This document shows positions 38,201 to 47,633 of a stretch of DNA of 64,000 nucleotides, piece after piece. The DNA comes from a virus (lineage: Duplodnaviria > Caudoviricetes). Under the pieces are notes generated by a model, which ran no database searches, was not told where the DNA came from, and saw only the letters and a list, made by a program, of their open reading frames with translations. The stretch spans positions 11,802-75,801 of the IMG/VR virus record IMGVR_UViG_3300024549_000205; one strand, written 5' to 3'. Made by a program: the position numbers and the translations under genes. Every line of letters begins with the position of its first letter. Positions within the stretch are counted from its first letter, which is position 1.

Positions 38201-40556
38201 TTTTTCTGTAAGCTCCATCATTTCCAGCACATTGTACAGGTTCAGTATCTACTCTTACATATATTCTAAATCCTCTTCCTGATCCTTGCCATGGTCCTGA
38301 AACAGGGCCTACAGCAGCATCATTCCAGCAAGACCTTGTTCCTGCTCTTCCATTTTTTGTTTCAACAGTCCAAATGTCATAATTTGCATATCTAGAATAA
38401 GCTACGCATTTTTCATCATCTGGAACATATCCTGGAACTCCTGGTGTAATTTGATAAGAAGCATATCCATAAGCAATAGGACCTCTTCTTCCTCTTTGTT
38501 GTTCAATTTTATTAAATACACCTTCTCCTAAGAATGTAGGTTTTGTAATCGAACATATTTTATATGGATTGTCTTCAAGATGAAGTTCGTATATTTTTTG
38601 TGTTGTTTCTTTGTTTATATTACAATCAGTATATCTAACTTCTGTATATGGACCTAATTCATCTTCTTTATTAAAACTACGAACAATAATATCAAAAGGT
38701 TCACATACATCAAAATATGCATTATTATCAGTATTTAAAAAAGGATCTTCACTAAGATCATTATATGGATAGTTTGGATAGTAATATGTTTCTTGTTCTT
38801 TAACATAGCTTCCTACATTACGAAGAATACCTTTAGCAACAATAGATCTATTTGTACTTCTATCACCACGAACAATTTTATATCCTACAATATCATCTTT
38901 CTCTTCATTTGTTAAATTAGACTCTCTGATTAATTGTATAACCTGTTGATTATTGATTTTTATACCAATAGGATAAATCGCACTAGATTGTTGCATTTGC
39001 ACTTGATATCTATCTGAAACAATTACAGGAACAGAAGATTCAAATGAAGGACTAATTAATATATCAGGAAACTTATGATGTCTAATTTGTTGATTAGCTA
39101 AGTCTCCCCAAACTTCTACATTACAAGGATAAGTTTCTGTAGATTCCCAATAAGCAAATTGACCAAATTGATATGGTCCTTTGTAACTAGACTCATTAGA
39201 GAATTCTGGAGATGTTCCTATTACAGAAGCTGTATTATATATTTTCCAATAAGGAGCAGAAGTTCCTTCTCCTATAAAATCAGGATTGGTGTTTGGAACA
39301 TCTGGTTGACTTACTATCTCATTGTTTGTTTGTTTTCTACCTGGAATATGAAAGCCATCTGTTTGTTTTCCATTTCTTAATAAGAATACAATCTCAAGTG
39401 CATACACTTCATCACGCAAGTACCCACGTAAGTTTGTTGCATTCACTTCATCTGCATAACTTTCTGTAGAAGGTATTCTCCAACTTTCCCACTGAAGAGT
39501 TATTTGATTAGCTATTTTTTGATAATTCACTCTATCTATTGTAGATAGTTTATCCCAAACTAAAACATCTTGCACTGCAGTTAAATCTCCTGCTACATCA
39601 TAGTATGGAAACTTTTCAAATATATCATTTATAGAAAGTCTTATATCAGTTTTACTTTGTCCTGTATAAGTTATTTGTTGTGTAAAATTATCTATGAAGT
39701 ATGTTCCAACAAGTTCAACTGATGAAATACCATTAATTGTTTTTATTACAGCTAAGTTATAATATTGATACTTTCCTGTTGTATCTAAATTAGTTATATC
39801 AATAACTATTGACCTTCCTACAGGATAATTAAAATTTACTGTAGTGAAGTCTGGATCTGCAATAGGTGTAGGATTTGTTATAGAATAGAAAGAAGTGTAT
39901 GGACTACCTTGTGCATCTGTATATTGTATACCAAATTGATAAACACCTGCAATCAAATCTCCTCCTGAAATTACATCTATAATTTCTAATTGAGGAATAT
40001 TAAAATTAGGTTGTATTTTTAATTTATTACAATCTAATTCATCTAATGTAAGTACACTACAAGAATTAGGAATAATCTCTGTCACATAAGGCACATTATC
40101 AATGTCCATATATCTTCTAGGATTAAATCCATCTGTCCAATAAATCTCTGTAGAACAGTTTGTTATTCTATGAACAACTTTGTGTATAGGATGGTCAATG
40201 TTAAAGTTTAAACAATTAGCATTTACAATTGTTCTGTAAATACAATCATTATTAATCATCTGTCCTATTTCACTTTCTCCTGTAGAAGAGTTAGCTAAAA
40301 AGAAAATAAACTTGTTTCTTTCCTGTATAAAATGACTTCCAATTAAGGAATATCCATTAGGGAAACTAATACATAATTCATTCCCTGGCTCATTCTGGTA
40401 GTTTACAGAATTAGCATCAAAGTTTTCAACAGCAGCATTCAATGCATATGTAAGTGTACCTGGTTTAATCTGATTAACAGATTGATCCATGTTCAGTCCT
40501 ACAGTGGCATTATTAGACTCTTGCTTAATGTTTCCTTGTTGTTGTTCTTCAGCCAT
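35226..40556 (-). CDS. Tail stabilization/muzzle protein (P22 gp10-like), N-terminal part, with Cys/Thr-rich insertions
   Basis: GLNMD..., YWTDGFNP, GYLRDEVYA, RHHKFPD, FGGDTFI, SWVSFHSY motifs; follows the tail tubular protein gene. Confidence 0.8.
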   Translation of the reverse strand: MAEEQQQGNIKQESNNATVGLNMDQSVNQIKPGTLTYALNAAVENFDANSVNYQNEPGNELCISFPNGYSLIGSHFIQERNKFIFFLANSSTGESEIGQMINNDCIYRTIVNANCLNFNIDHPIHKVVHRITNCSTEIYWTDGFNPRRYMDIDNVPYVTEIIPNSCSVLTLDELDCNKLKIQPNFNIPQLEIIDVISGGDLIAGVYQFGIQYTDAQGSPYTSFYSITNPTPIADPDFTTVNFNYPVGRSIVIDITNLDTTGKYQYYNLAVIKTINGISSVELVGTYFIDNFTQQITYTGQSKTDIRLSINDIFEKFPYYDVAGDLTAVQDVLVWDKLSTIDRVNYQKIANQITLQWESWRIPSTESYADEVNATNLRGYLRDEVYALEIVFLLRNGKQTDGFHIPGRKQTNNEIVSQPDVPNTNPDFIGEGTSAPYWKIYNTASVIGTSPEFSNESSYKGPYQFGQFAYWESTETYPCNVEVWGDLANQQIRHHKFPDILISPSFESSVPVIVSDRYQVQMQQSSAIYPIGIKINNQQVIQLIRESNLTNEEKDDIVGYKIVRGDRSTNRSIVAKGILRNVGSYVKEQETYYYPNYPYNDLSEDPFLNTDNNAYFDVCEPFDIIVRSFNKEDELGPYTEVRYTDCNINKETTQKIYELHLEDNPYKICSITKPTFLGEGVFNKIEQQRGRRGPIAYGYASYQITPGVPGYVPDDEKCVAYSRYANYDIWTVETKNGRAGTRSCWNDAAVGPVSGPWQGSGRGFRIYVRVDTEPVQCAGNDGAYRKRKNEEIRDPGCKEEEPLAPLSESLTNRQIFNSPETSFGQPFLGDVLKLENVMYGGGRAHFVEVRDNAKYRLLSEEAQRVALESSSNIAGGDIVALFAAYQAYLTIYINGITRKNYAYSFNSIASYSYHSPVYNNLGIKQRNLDIKRYLIPGLQNVGDDNNINNYNRETSVYLKTDESLPFPSKTDSLLYLGNSLIEDNSRFTIGGTNACATPQREQDINVVSYYGSIKNIVPGQWGQIYSYEKVDTGFQVIFSQFTPTESTVFGGDTFIGKFAFKTKLPFFLQNRVNAPDDSDVFYDAIGNIAYPKYWHSARSVLRNATAANKQLVNFISYKANNFDCPNDTTQYTSVNSPSELTYYDGYFYMFAYGVPNFYCESSYNLDLRQAFNNREGDFWPHVSTSIPDSWVQQSFVPIEQDNTYYYNVTFSKQNKENSFTNLPIDWNAICSTYYPFRTIYSEKQFTDADNKVNNWLIYRALSFYDFPQNYGNLISLDGIQNRAILARFENKSLLYNSLLTIDTSNPQAAYVGNPRMFENPPIDFAETDLGYVGSQNKFLLKIPQGQITIDAKRGQIFLIQGTQAIDMTAFGSGVNRFMTDNLPFKILKYFPKVDTDNHFNGIGLHGVFDAKFDRVIITKLDYVPLDEDIKYDEVNKEFYVENIINNVVFRDVVYLDDAEFFCNRSFTISFNFNTKSWVSFHSYVPNFYIAENNFFYTGLNGCCDSVNGEATFTALVGEIDRTIPTTTSTTSSAPIPLPTTTTTSTLALDCELEGTIIETSCNIEGDAIITVPPATTTTICQRGNLSSDDLFITGYSESCDTNIIDTTGSLEDACSGIEYLNTNEDWSYIEIETISVAYNELQIGQIVYLDAFSTDCTLVPDGFYYTDESAFYTTVYQVESGVIVGIYNCGTTTTTTTFVPDTYCYNVTIYGSVTLIWTDGSNVTHYDEYSDTFVTLCAQYESISFETVGDGYIFIQACGDPCTEVIDCPTTTTTTTI

Positions 40557-40561
40557 GGTTA

Positions 40562-41536
40562 TTAATTGTTACGTCTTCTACCATATCTATTAGTACGGTT
40601 AGGAAGCTCATACATATTAAATCTTTTAAGATCGTTTTTAATTCTTCTTTGTTTCTCCCAAGGAGTTTGTTTCTTCATTTCAATCTCAGCCATGATGTAA
40701 GATTCTTCATAAGCTTGTTTATGATACATCATTTTTTGTTGCAACTGATTGAAAGTTTCATCATTAGTTTGATTCGTAAGAGTTTCAAACATTTTAAATT
40801 TAATGAATGCTTCTACATATTCTCTAATACGATAATTGTCTGGAATCATTTGATTACCTATTTCATCATATTCTGTAGCATAGAATAATAAATGTACAAC
40901 ACCATTTCTGAAATTAGTTACAAACTTATTGTCTCTAATATCAAAACTATCGTAACTAGCAGCACCAGGAGTGAATTCATGAATAGGAGGAGCTTCAGCA
41001 TAAAAGTCCCAATTGCTTGTATATTCCACTCCACAATTTTGTCTTGCAGATATATTACCAGGCTTAAGTAAATACTGATGAGTAAATCCTCTAGCAACAG
41101 TGTTGTTTGTTTTGTATACAGCTTGTACTAATTCTGGCATACATGTACCATTACATGCAGGATCTTGACAACCTGGTCTGTTACAAGGAGTTCCTCCAAT
41201 AGTTAATGGAGCCACTTGAATAGTGGTTGCACTAGCAGCTTGTGAATAAAATGAATTAGCTGATTGATATGGATATCCAGAAACTTCTGTACACATCCAA
41301 GCTTCTCTTACAGCATAAAAGTTATCAGGAAGTCTAGCTTGAAAATCTTCTACAAACAAGACTTCTTCACTTATTACAAATGTAGTTCTTCCTAACTTCT
41401 TTAGAGCTTTGTCTAAGTAAGTAGGAAATAAAAGATCATCTATTGCACCAGTATCGAAATAACTTTTAAGTTCTTCTTTAACAGTGGCATAAACAGGTTC
41501 TGGTGATACGAAATTATATTTATAGTAGTATGACAT
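40562..41536 (-). CDS. Tail tubular/ring protein (P22 gp4-like)
   Basis: ARLPDNFYAV...Y..G..MIPDN motifs; lies between the IHF-like and muzzle genes, as in crAss-like phages. Confidence 0.7.
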   Translation of the reverse strand: MSYYYKYNFVSPEPVYATVKEELKSYFDTGAIDDLLFPTYLDKALKKLGRTTFVISEEVLFVEDFQARLPDNFYAVREAWMCTEVSGYPYQSANSFYSQAASATTIQVAPLTIGGTPCNRPGCQDPACNGTCMPELVQAVYKTNNTVARGFTHQYLLKPGNISARQNCGVEYTSNWDFYAEAPPIHEFTPGAASYDSFDIRDNKFVTNFRNGVVHLLFYATEYDEIGNQMIPDNYRIREYVEAFIKFKMFETLTNQTNDETFNQLQQKMMYHKQAYEESYIMAEIEMKKQTPWEKQRRIKNDLKRFNMYELPNRTNRYGRRRNN

Positions 41537-41542
41537 AGTTCA

Positions 41543-42022
41543 TTATTTTTTCCATTCTTTATAGATGTGTTGATACTTGTCGTTGGTTTTTAAGTAATGT
41601 GACAATAGTCTTGATGTAAGTCTAGAAGGTTTGAAATACCATAGATCAGAATGTTTAAATCGTGCTGTTGACTTAAACCACATCCAACCAAAAAAATATC
41701 CTTCTGTGTGATAATTGAAGTTGTATATAACCTTACCTTTCTCTTTAGTTTTTTGCCAATCAATAGGTAGGTTTACAAACTCTTTACCATCTATATTATT
41801 TTTTAGTTTTCTTCTTTTCTTTTTATTGATTGAGAACTCTCCGAACCCATAAGGTAGTTTTGCTTTATCACCTGTTTCTAAAATGTATTCTTTAAATAAC
41901 TCATTGAATGTATAAAGAATATTTCTCCACTCATCATATGTAAGTTTTATAGAAGGGTGTTTTTTGCAAAACTGATTATAGTTTTCTTTACTAGAGCTTC
42001 TCCAATCAATCTTTGTTCTCAT
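41543..42022 (-). CDS. IHF/HU-like DNA-binding protein
   Basis: ILETGDKAKLPYGFGEFSINKKKR; basic protein; conserved crAss-like position. Confidence 0.75.
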   Translation of the reverse strand: MRTKIDWRSSSKENYNQFCKKHPSIKLTYDEWRNILYTFNELFKEYILETGDKAKLPYGFGEFSINKKKRRKLKNNIDGKEFVNLPIDWQKTKEKGKVIYNFNYHTEGYFFGWMWFKSTARFKHSDLWYFKPSRLTSRLLSHYLKTNDKYQHIYKEWKK

Positions 42023-42750
42023 TAATTAGTTGGTTTTGAGTTTGGTGCTTGTCCATCTATTCCTTCTGCACTCATGTCTGTTTTAAGATTGAAATACGTA
42101 GATAAAAGTTTTTGAGATGTAAGTTGTAATGTTTGCTGCTCTAAGTATCCAGGAAGAGGAAACTCTTTATCTAATGGATTCTTACATATCTCATCTAATG
42201 TATACTCTGGAGATCCACATCCACATTCTGGATACATGATTTCATTTTCTACATCTTCTTCAAATAATGCTACAAATCTAATTGATTTAATCATTGGATT
42301 GTTTACATATAGATATCCATTAGTAATCCAATAATACTCTTCTTTCTTGATTATAGGAAGTCTTAAAAGATTGATGTATCTATTAATAGTAATTTCTTTT
42401 AACTTCTTTCCTTGACCACCTAATGCATTAATAGAATAAACTCCTTGTATTACATATTGGTAATTACCTTCTGATATACGTGGGAGTTTAAATTTTGTTC
42501 TAGCAATAGTGCATTCATCTACATAATTACAACATTCAGAGATAGGCACTTCTATCATCTCTAAACAAGGAATAGTAGTGAACAATGTATCAGTTGCCCA
42601 AAGTTTTCTAAGATTGGTTTCTCTTTTTATAAGTAACAAAGCATTGTTTCTTATTTCAGAAGCAATTGCTCTATCTGTAATAAGACTATCTGTAGAAAGT
42701 ATCTTGTGGACACTTCTAACATCTGATACTAATTTTCTTAATGTTGCCAT
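42022..42750 (-). CDS. Putative tail ring/adaptor protein
   Basis: 242 aa, TIPCLEMIEV...YYWITNGYLY...ALFEED..EFPLP pattern; synteny. Confidence 0.6.
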   Translation of the reverse strand: MATLRKLVSDVRSVHKILSTDSLITDRAIASEIRNNALLLIKRETNLRKLWATDTLFTTIPCLEMIEVPISECCNYVDECTIARTKFKLPRISEGNYQYVIQGVYSINALGGQGKKLKEITINRYINLLRLPIIKKEEYYWITNGYLYVNNPMIKSIRFVALFEEDVENEIMYPECGCGSPEYTLDEICKNPLDKEFPLPGYLEQQTLQLTSQKLLSTYFNLKTDMSAEGIDGQAPNSKPTN

Positions 42751-42752
42751 AA

Positions 42753-43379
42753 TTATATTCTTTCTCTAAACCACTTAAATTTATAAGCAGTAGGTTTTTT
42801 GTTATTAACACATGAAGATACATGTGATATATTAAAATTTAACTCTCTCTTAATGTCTGACATACTATCCCAAACTTTTATAAGTTCATTATTTAAATTA
42901 TATTGATAAATTTTAAATGATCTATGATGATCTTTTCCAAATTTTCCTTTAGTAGAATGATTCCTATTAAGTTGTTCTAATAATTCTTTTTTTCTAGTAT
43001 CTGTTATATTTCTTTTAGCCGAAATAGATTGTTTCAATTTTGTTTCTTTAGAATGTAAAACACCTTCTTTACCTTCACCACCATCTGTAAAATTACATAA
43101 TGTTCCTAAATTTAAATCTTTTCTACCATATACTTTTATAAATTCTTTTTCTTTTCCTATTATAAAACTTCTATCATTACTTTCAAATAAAATTTCTATA
43201 TTATATTTTGTAACATTTGTTATGTTCAACCAATGATTATTTCTATTTTTGGTAGTATAAGCTCTTCTATATTTTTCAGAATCCTTACTATAATATTTAG
43301 TAGTTTTACTAACTTTTCCTATACCAATATAAAAAACTTCATTTTTATCTAATCTAATATGTCTATATAAATAATACAT
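42753..43379 (-). CDS. Free-standing GIY-YIG-like homing endonuclease with NUMOD3/NUMOD1-type DNA-binding repeats (start likely 43379)
   Basis: YYLYRH...FYIGIG, NFTDGGEG, HSKETKLKQS, IYQYNLNNELIKVWDS...AYKFKW; very AT-rich; TAATG overlap. Confidence 0.8.
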   Translation of the reverse strand: MYYLYRHIRLDKNEVFYIGIGKVSKTTKYYSKDSEKYRRAYTTKNRNNHWLNITNVTKYNIEILFESNDRSFIIGKEKEFIKVYGRKDLNLGTLCNFTDGGEGKEGVLHSKETKLKQSISAKRNITDTRKKELLEQLNRNHSTKGKFGKDHHRSFKIYQYNLNNELIKVWDSMSDIKRELNFNISHVSSCVNNKKPTAYKFKWFRERI

Positions 43380-44593
43380 TATATACGACATTCGAATTCT
43401 GCTATCTTACCTAGATTAAGATCATAGACTAAAGCAAGAGCTGCACGCACTGAATGTACGTAGTTATTATCTAAGTGCCATCTATCAGTTCCTGAAAGAC
43501 TAGGCATTTGTTGTATTCTTACTCCCTTAACCTCTTTAGCCATATAGTGATGTTTATCACCTGTATGAACTTCTCTGTAAACAGCATCACCAAACTGGTG
43601 ACTATATTTTGGATGTGTTGCAAACAATAATGGAAGATCTTCTATCTTACAGTTACCATGGTGCCATCCAATAAATGTATTACCTAATGTTATTCCTTTA
43701 ACTACACTATGTTCTCTCATAAACTCTACATCTGATTCATTTTTGAAAAATATATCTAATGCATGTGCTAAGTAGAAAGATTTAGTTCTATCATGGTTTC
43801 CTTGTACAAGAACAACAGTTACATTGTTACAATGTTGTCTCAACATATTAATTGTATCTACAAGAATAGCAAAGCCTAATTCATACTCTTCTGCATAATC
43901 CATTATAGTGTCTTGTGGAGTACCGTTTGTAGTTTGATGTTGATAGTTATCAGTGTGAAAATAATCGTTGGATATAGGAAGAATGATGTTGTTTACATTG
44001 TAATTACTACTCACTTTCTCAATCAAAGACTGAGCCACACTAACATATCTTAAAACTCTTGCAGTTATATCATTGTCACCATCCACTGTTCTTTTAGCTA
44101 AATGATAATCAGATATAGAGATTTCTACATCTACAAAGTCTTTATTTACAAAACGATCTACTTTGGTGATTGATACATTATTTGGTTTGTAGTTTTCTAA
44201 GAATCTTGCAAAGTCTTCAGGAGAGTAATCTTTTGCTTCTTTTCTTTTTGAAAAGATTGAGGAAGTGAATTTACCACTTGGTAACATCTTAGACCAGTAG
44301 TTTGTTATAACGTACTTATCTAAGTTTATCTTATGTAGCTTAGCTAGTTCAATGTCATCTTTAGGTTCAAAGTCTGTAACTATTGTACTTTCTATTGTAC
44401 CTTTTTCAACATTCACTTTGCGTTCTCCTGCAATAGTTTTTATTACATCTTCATTATCTTTTTCTCTAAGTTCTTTCATGAGCTCATTGACCTCAAATTC
44501 ACTTATTCCTAGTTTCTCAGCATAGAACTTTTTACTTTTCTTCTGACTTAATAACTCTTCTAATCGGTTCAATAAACTTTGATTTTCAGACAT
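43379..44593 (-). CDS. Calcineurin-like metallophosphoesterase with an N-terminal HTH
   Basis: SDYH, NDYFH.D, GNHD, HHG and HTGDKHH motifs; AEKLGISE HTH. Confidence 0.85.
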   Translation of the reverse strand: MSENQSLLNRLEELLSQKKSKKFYAEKLGISEFEVNELMKELREKDNEDVIKTIAGERKVNVEKGTIESTIVTDFEPKDDIELAKLHKINLDKYVITNYWSKMLPSGKFTSSIFSKRKEAKDYSPEDFARFLENYKPNNVSITKVDRFVNKDFVDVEISISDYHLAKRTVDGDNDITARVLRYVSVAQSLIEKVSSNYNVNNIILPISNDYFHTDNYQHQTTNGTPQDTIMDYAEEYELGFAILVDTINMLRQHCNNVTVVLVQGNHDRTKSFYLAHALDIFFKNESDVEFMREHSVVKGITLGNTFIGWHHGNCKIEDLPLLFATHPKYSHQFGDAVYREVHTGDKHHYMAKEVKGVRIQQMPSLSGTDRWHLDNNYVHSVRAALALVYDLNLGKIAEFECRI

Positions 44594-44622
44594 ATTTGCT
44601 CATGTTAGTTAAAAAAATATTG

Positions 44623-44698
44623 TAAAGATAATTAATAGTTTTTATATATTCCAAATAATTTTAGTTAGAGACTTAATTCTTTATAATTAAAATAGTTA
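44623..44698 (-). promoter_or_regulatory. Promoter-like TTTG-N21-TATCTTTA with the 26-bp operator-like element (44673-44698)
   Basis: Same element and same 43-nt offset as at 25944-26019. Confidence 0.6.
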
Positions 44699-44699
44699 G

Positions 44700-44732
44700 A
44701 AACAAAAACTCCCCAAGGAAAACCTTGAGGAG
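44700..44732 (-). terminator. Intrinsic terminator after the fibre cluster
   Basis: Minus strand CTCCTCAAGG-TTTT-CCTTGGGGAG followed by TTTTTGTTT. Confidence 0.8.
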
Positions 44733-44768
44733 AAATCTTGTAAAACCAACAAAACAAGATTTTTTATT

Positions 44769-45086
44769 TTAAATAGGTATACCAGTAGTAGTACTAGTGG
44801 TAGTAGGACTAACTGTTGTAGATGTAGTGGTAGTAGGAGCAACTGTAGTTGTACTAGTTGTTGTAGTAGATTCTAATAAGATATCTACATAGTTTGTACA
44901 CACTCCATTAGATTTAACTCTAATAGTAGTAGTGTAATCAGGAACTAATGCAGAAGAATATCCTGCAAGCAATGCTGATTTAGAAACTCCTGATTCAAAA
45001 GCTGACACATATCCATCTAGATTTGAATACAAATCAAATGGACCTGAATCACTTCCTGCGGTTGTTAATGTTATTAATACTGTCAT
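44769..45086 (-). CDS. Small 'GPF-domain' protein with a poly-Thr tail
   Basis: ITLTTAGSDSGPFDLY...VSKSALLAG...TIRVKSNGVC; paralogous to the N-terminus of 34360-35226. Confidence 0.65.
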   Translation of the reverse strand: MTVLITLTTAGSDSGPFDLYSNLDGYVSAFESGVSKSALLAGYSSALVPDYTTTIRVKSNGVCTNYVDILLESTTTTSTTTVAPTTTTSTTVSPTTTSTTTGIPI

Positions 45087-45115
45087 AAGTTATTTATTAT
45101 AAATTATTATTTAAA

Positions 45116-45895
45116 CTAAGAACATATTCCTATTGCAGAATCAACATTTCCTGTTCCATTAACTTGGCAATTTGTTGAAGCTGAACTAAAATCAATTTCT
45201 ATATGATAAAAATCACCATCACCTACAAATGGAATTGTTCCTCCAGGATTTGTATAAACAACACTACTAACTGATACAGTTTCACTACCAGGTATACCTG
45301 CTGTATTAGAAATCCAACACCCAGTATCTAAAATTTCACTACAAGCATCTGTTGGATGAGATGTACTTGATATTGAACCTTGTCTCAGACCACTTGGAGT
45401 TGTAGTGGTAGTAGTGGTTGGTGCTATAGTAGTGGTACTAGTAGATGTGCTTGTAGAACTACTAGTTGTTGTAGTGGTAGGAGTAGCAGTTGTACTAGTA
45501 GAAGTTGTACTACTACTTGTTGATGTTGTTGATGTTGTTGTACTACTTGTTGAACTACTAGTAGTGGTTGTTGTTGGAACTATTGTGGTTGTGGTAGTTG
45601 TTGTTGGTACAACAGTAGTAGTAGTTGTAGTAGTTGGACAACATACATTTAATTGACTATATATGTTAGTTATATCTTCTGTAATAACCATTACATCTTC
45701 TGTAAGAGTAATTATTTCTTCTGTAAGAATGTCAACGTTAGCTTTTACATCACATATAACAGCATCAAATTTACTAAGAATGTCATTTAATCCATCACAC
45801 GTATTTACATTTGTACAAGGAAGTGGAGTGCTATCATATTTGACAGCACTCGTTCCTATTATACTTGTGTTATTTATTTGAGAGCACTCAACCAT
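45116..45895 (-). CDS. Fibre/decoration protein: anchor + coiled coil + poly-Thr/Ser linker + terminal Cys-bounded domain
   Basis: Anchor motif, a Thr/Ser run of about 80 residues, VYTNPGGTIPFVG. Confidence 0.65.
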   Translation of the reverse strand: MVECSQINNTSIIGTSAVKYDSTPLPCTNVNTCDGLNDILSKFDAVICDVKANVDILTEEIITLTEDVMVITEDITNIYSQLNVCCPTTTTTTTVVPTTTTTTTIVPTTTTTSSSTSSTTTSTTSTSSSTTSTSTTATPTTTTTSSSTSTSTSTTTIAPTTTTTTTPSGLRQGSISSTSHPTDACSEILDTGCWISNTAGIPGSETVSVSSVVYTNPGGTIPFVGDGDFYHIEIDFSSASTNCQVNGTGNVDSAIGICS

Positions 45896-45914
45896 TATTA
45901 TTTATTTTAAATTA

Positions 45915-47621
45915 TTAACAATAACTTATTGGATATTCAACACGTCCATCTGATCTAATTTCTACATATCCTGAAGCATCTCCAAGTATTTGTATATGCC
46001 ACCATCTGTTAAGTCCATTAAAAGGACCAGAACCATCAGGATTTGTATATGCATATTTATTAAGACCAACAGTTTTGATATATAACGTGGTAGTTAATGC
46101 ATAATCACAAATAACTGGTGAAGCAGTTTCTTTATTTTCAGTAGATATGAACATAGGTGCAAGACAACATTCATTAAGTTTTATAGGATCTGACACCTTA
46201 GTATTTTCTCCACCTATTTCTATATATTGTTCAATAAATGTATTAGTTCTACTTACACAAATAGTTTCAGTTCCAGCTTTATTAAATAAGAATGTGTAAT
46301 ATTCATTAGAAAAACAAGCTTCATCTACATACACGTAAACTATACCATTGTCACTATCCAATAACTGTTCTTCAGTTACAGTAACTTCATAAACATAACA
46401 ATCGCAAAATATACTAGTAGTAGTAGTGGTTGTTGGTGCAATAGTAGTTGTGGTGGTAGTTGAACTACTGCTAGTTGTTGTAGTTGAACTAGAACTACTT
46501 GTAGTGGTAGTTGCAGGAACTGTAGTGGTTGTTGTAGTTGTTAATGCACAAGCTTCACCATATTGAAAACCTCCAGTTCCACATAAATATACAGGAGGTG
46601 GATAATTTAACATACAGAATGTAAGTAATTCACCTGAACTAGTTTCAACTGTTTGAACATTTCCTTCACAATCTGTATATTGAATTAATGCATAATCTTG
46701 ATCTGGACAATTTGTACTAACATCAATTGATATTTCTATACAAGATAATTCTGCAGTGGTGGTAGTGGTAGTAGTTGGACATTGGTCATCAATACAATTT
46801 GCACCAATATTAATAGTTACAAACTCACTATCAGCAAGTCCACAACATCCACAAACTTTTATAGTTTCGTAAGCATCTATAAGAAGTCCACTAATTAATG
46901 TACCAGTGCAATCTTCATAACTTATAGAATGTGAAACAGAATCACTGTTAGAGAATGTAAGACATTCACAAGGAATTGCTGTTGTTGTAGTGGTGGTTGT
47001 AGAACTAGTTGAACTAGTGGTAGAAGATGATGTAGTGGTAGTTGTTAAAGGAGCACAAGGACCGTTTGGTGTAACAATCACTGTACCTGGAACAGTTAGA
47101 GGACTATCTGTTATAACACAAATATTTGTATCTCCTGGCATCAATACTATAGCTTCTTGTTCTTGTGTAGTACAATCAGTAACAATTATAGCTACAGGAT
47201 CATCTCCTGTGTTACTTAATGAGAAGTTTTCACAAGGACGTACTGTAGTGGATGTACTAGTAGTAGTTGCAGAACAACATTCACCTAATGTATTGTATAT
47301 ATTAATTATATCACCATTAATGTCTATCACTTGATTAGTGATGTTTGTAACTTGATTAGTTAGATAATTTATCTGTGTTATCAAATTACAAATAATCTCA
47401 TCTATCTTTTGTAACACTACATTAAGTGTATCACATGGTTCAGCCACTATACATGGTAATTCAGGACCATCATAGACAATAGTACTAGATATAGTTAAAT
47501 GAGTGCTACATGGATTGTTGTTGTTACAACTACTATTGGTAATTGTAGAACTACACCCACAAGGACTATTTAAAACCACCTCTGTACAACAAGGATTGAC
47601 TGGTAAAAAAGGATATGCCAT
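45915..47621 (-). CDS. Cys-rich multi-module fibre protein with poly-Thr linkers
   Basis: Anchor motif, repeated (Y/V)xDC modules, terminal YTNP domain. Confidence 0.65.
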   Translation of the reverse strand: MAYPFLPVNPCCTEVVLNSPCGCSSTITNSSCNNNNPCSTHLTISSTIVYDGPELPCIVAEPCDTLNVVLQKIDEIICNLITQINYLTNQVTNITNQVIDINGDIINIYNTLGECCSATTTSTSTTVRPCENFSLSNTGDDPVAIIVTDCTTQEQEAIVLMPGDTNICVITDSPLTVPGTVIVTPNGPCAPLTTTTTSSSTTSSTSSTTTTTTTAIPCECLTFSNSDSVSHSISYEDCTGTLISGLLIDAYETIKVCGCCGLADSEFVTINIGANCIDDQCPTTTTTTTAELSCIEISIDVSTNCPDQDYALIQYTDCEGNVQTVETSSGELLTFCMLNYPPPVYLCGTGGFQYGEACALTTTTTTTVPATTTTSSSSSTTTTSSSSTTTTTTIAPTTTTTTSIFCDCYVYEVTVTEEQLLDSDNGIVYVYVDEACFSNEYYTFLFNKAGTETICVSRTNTFIEQYIEIGGENTKVSDPIKLNECCLAPMFISTENKETASPVICDYALTTTLYIKTVGLNKYAYTNPDGSGPFNGLNRWWHIQILGDASGYVEIRSDGRVEYPISYC

Positions 47622-47633
47622 TTTGATAAGTTG

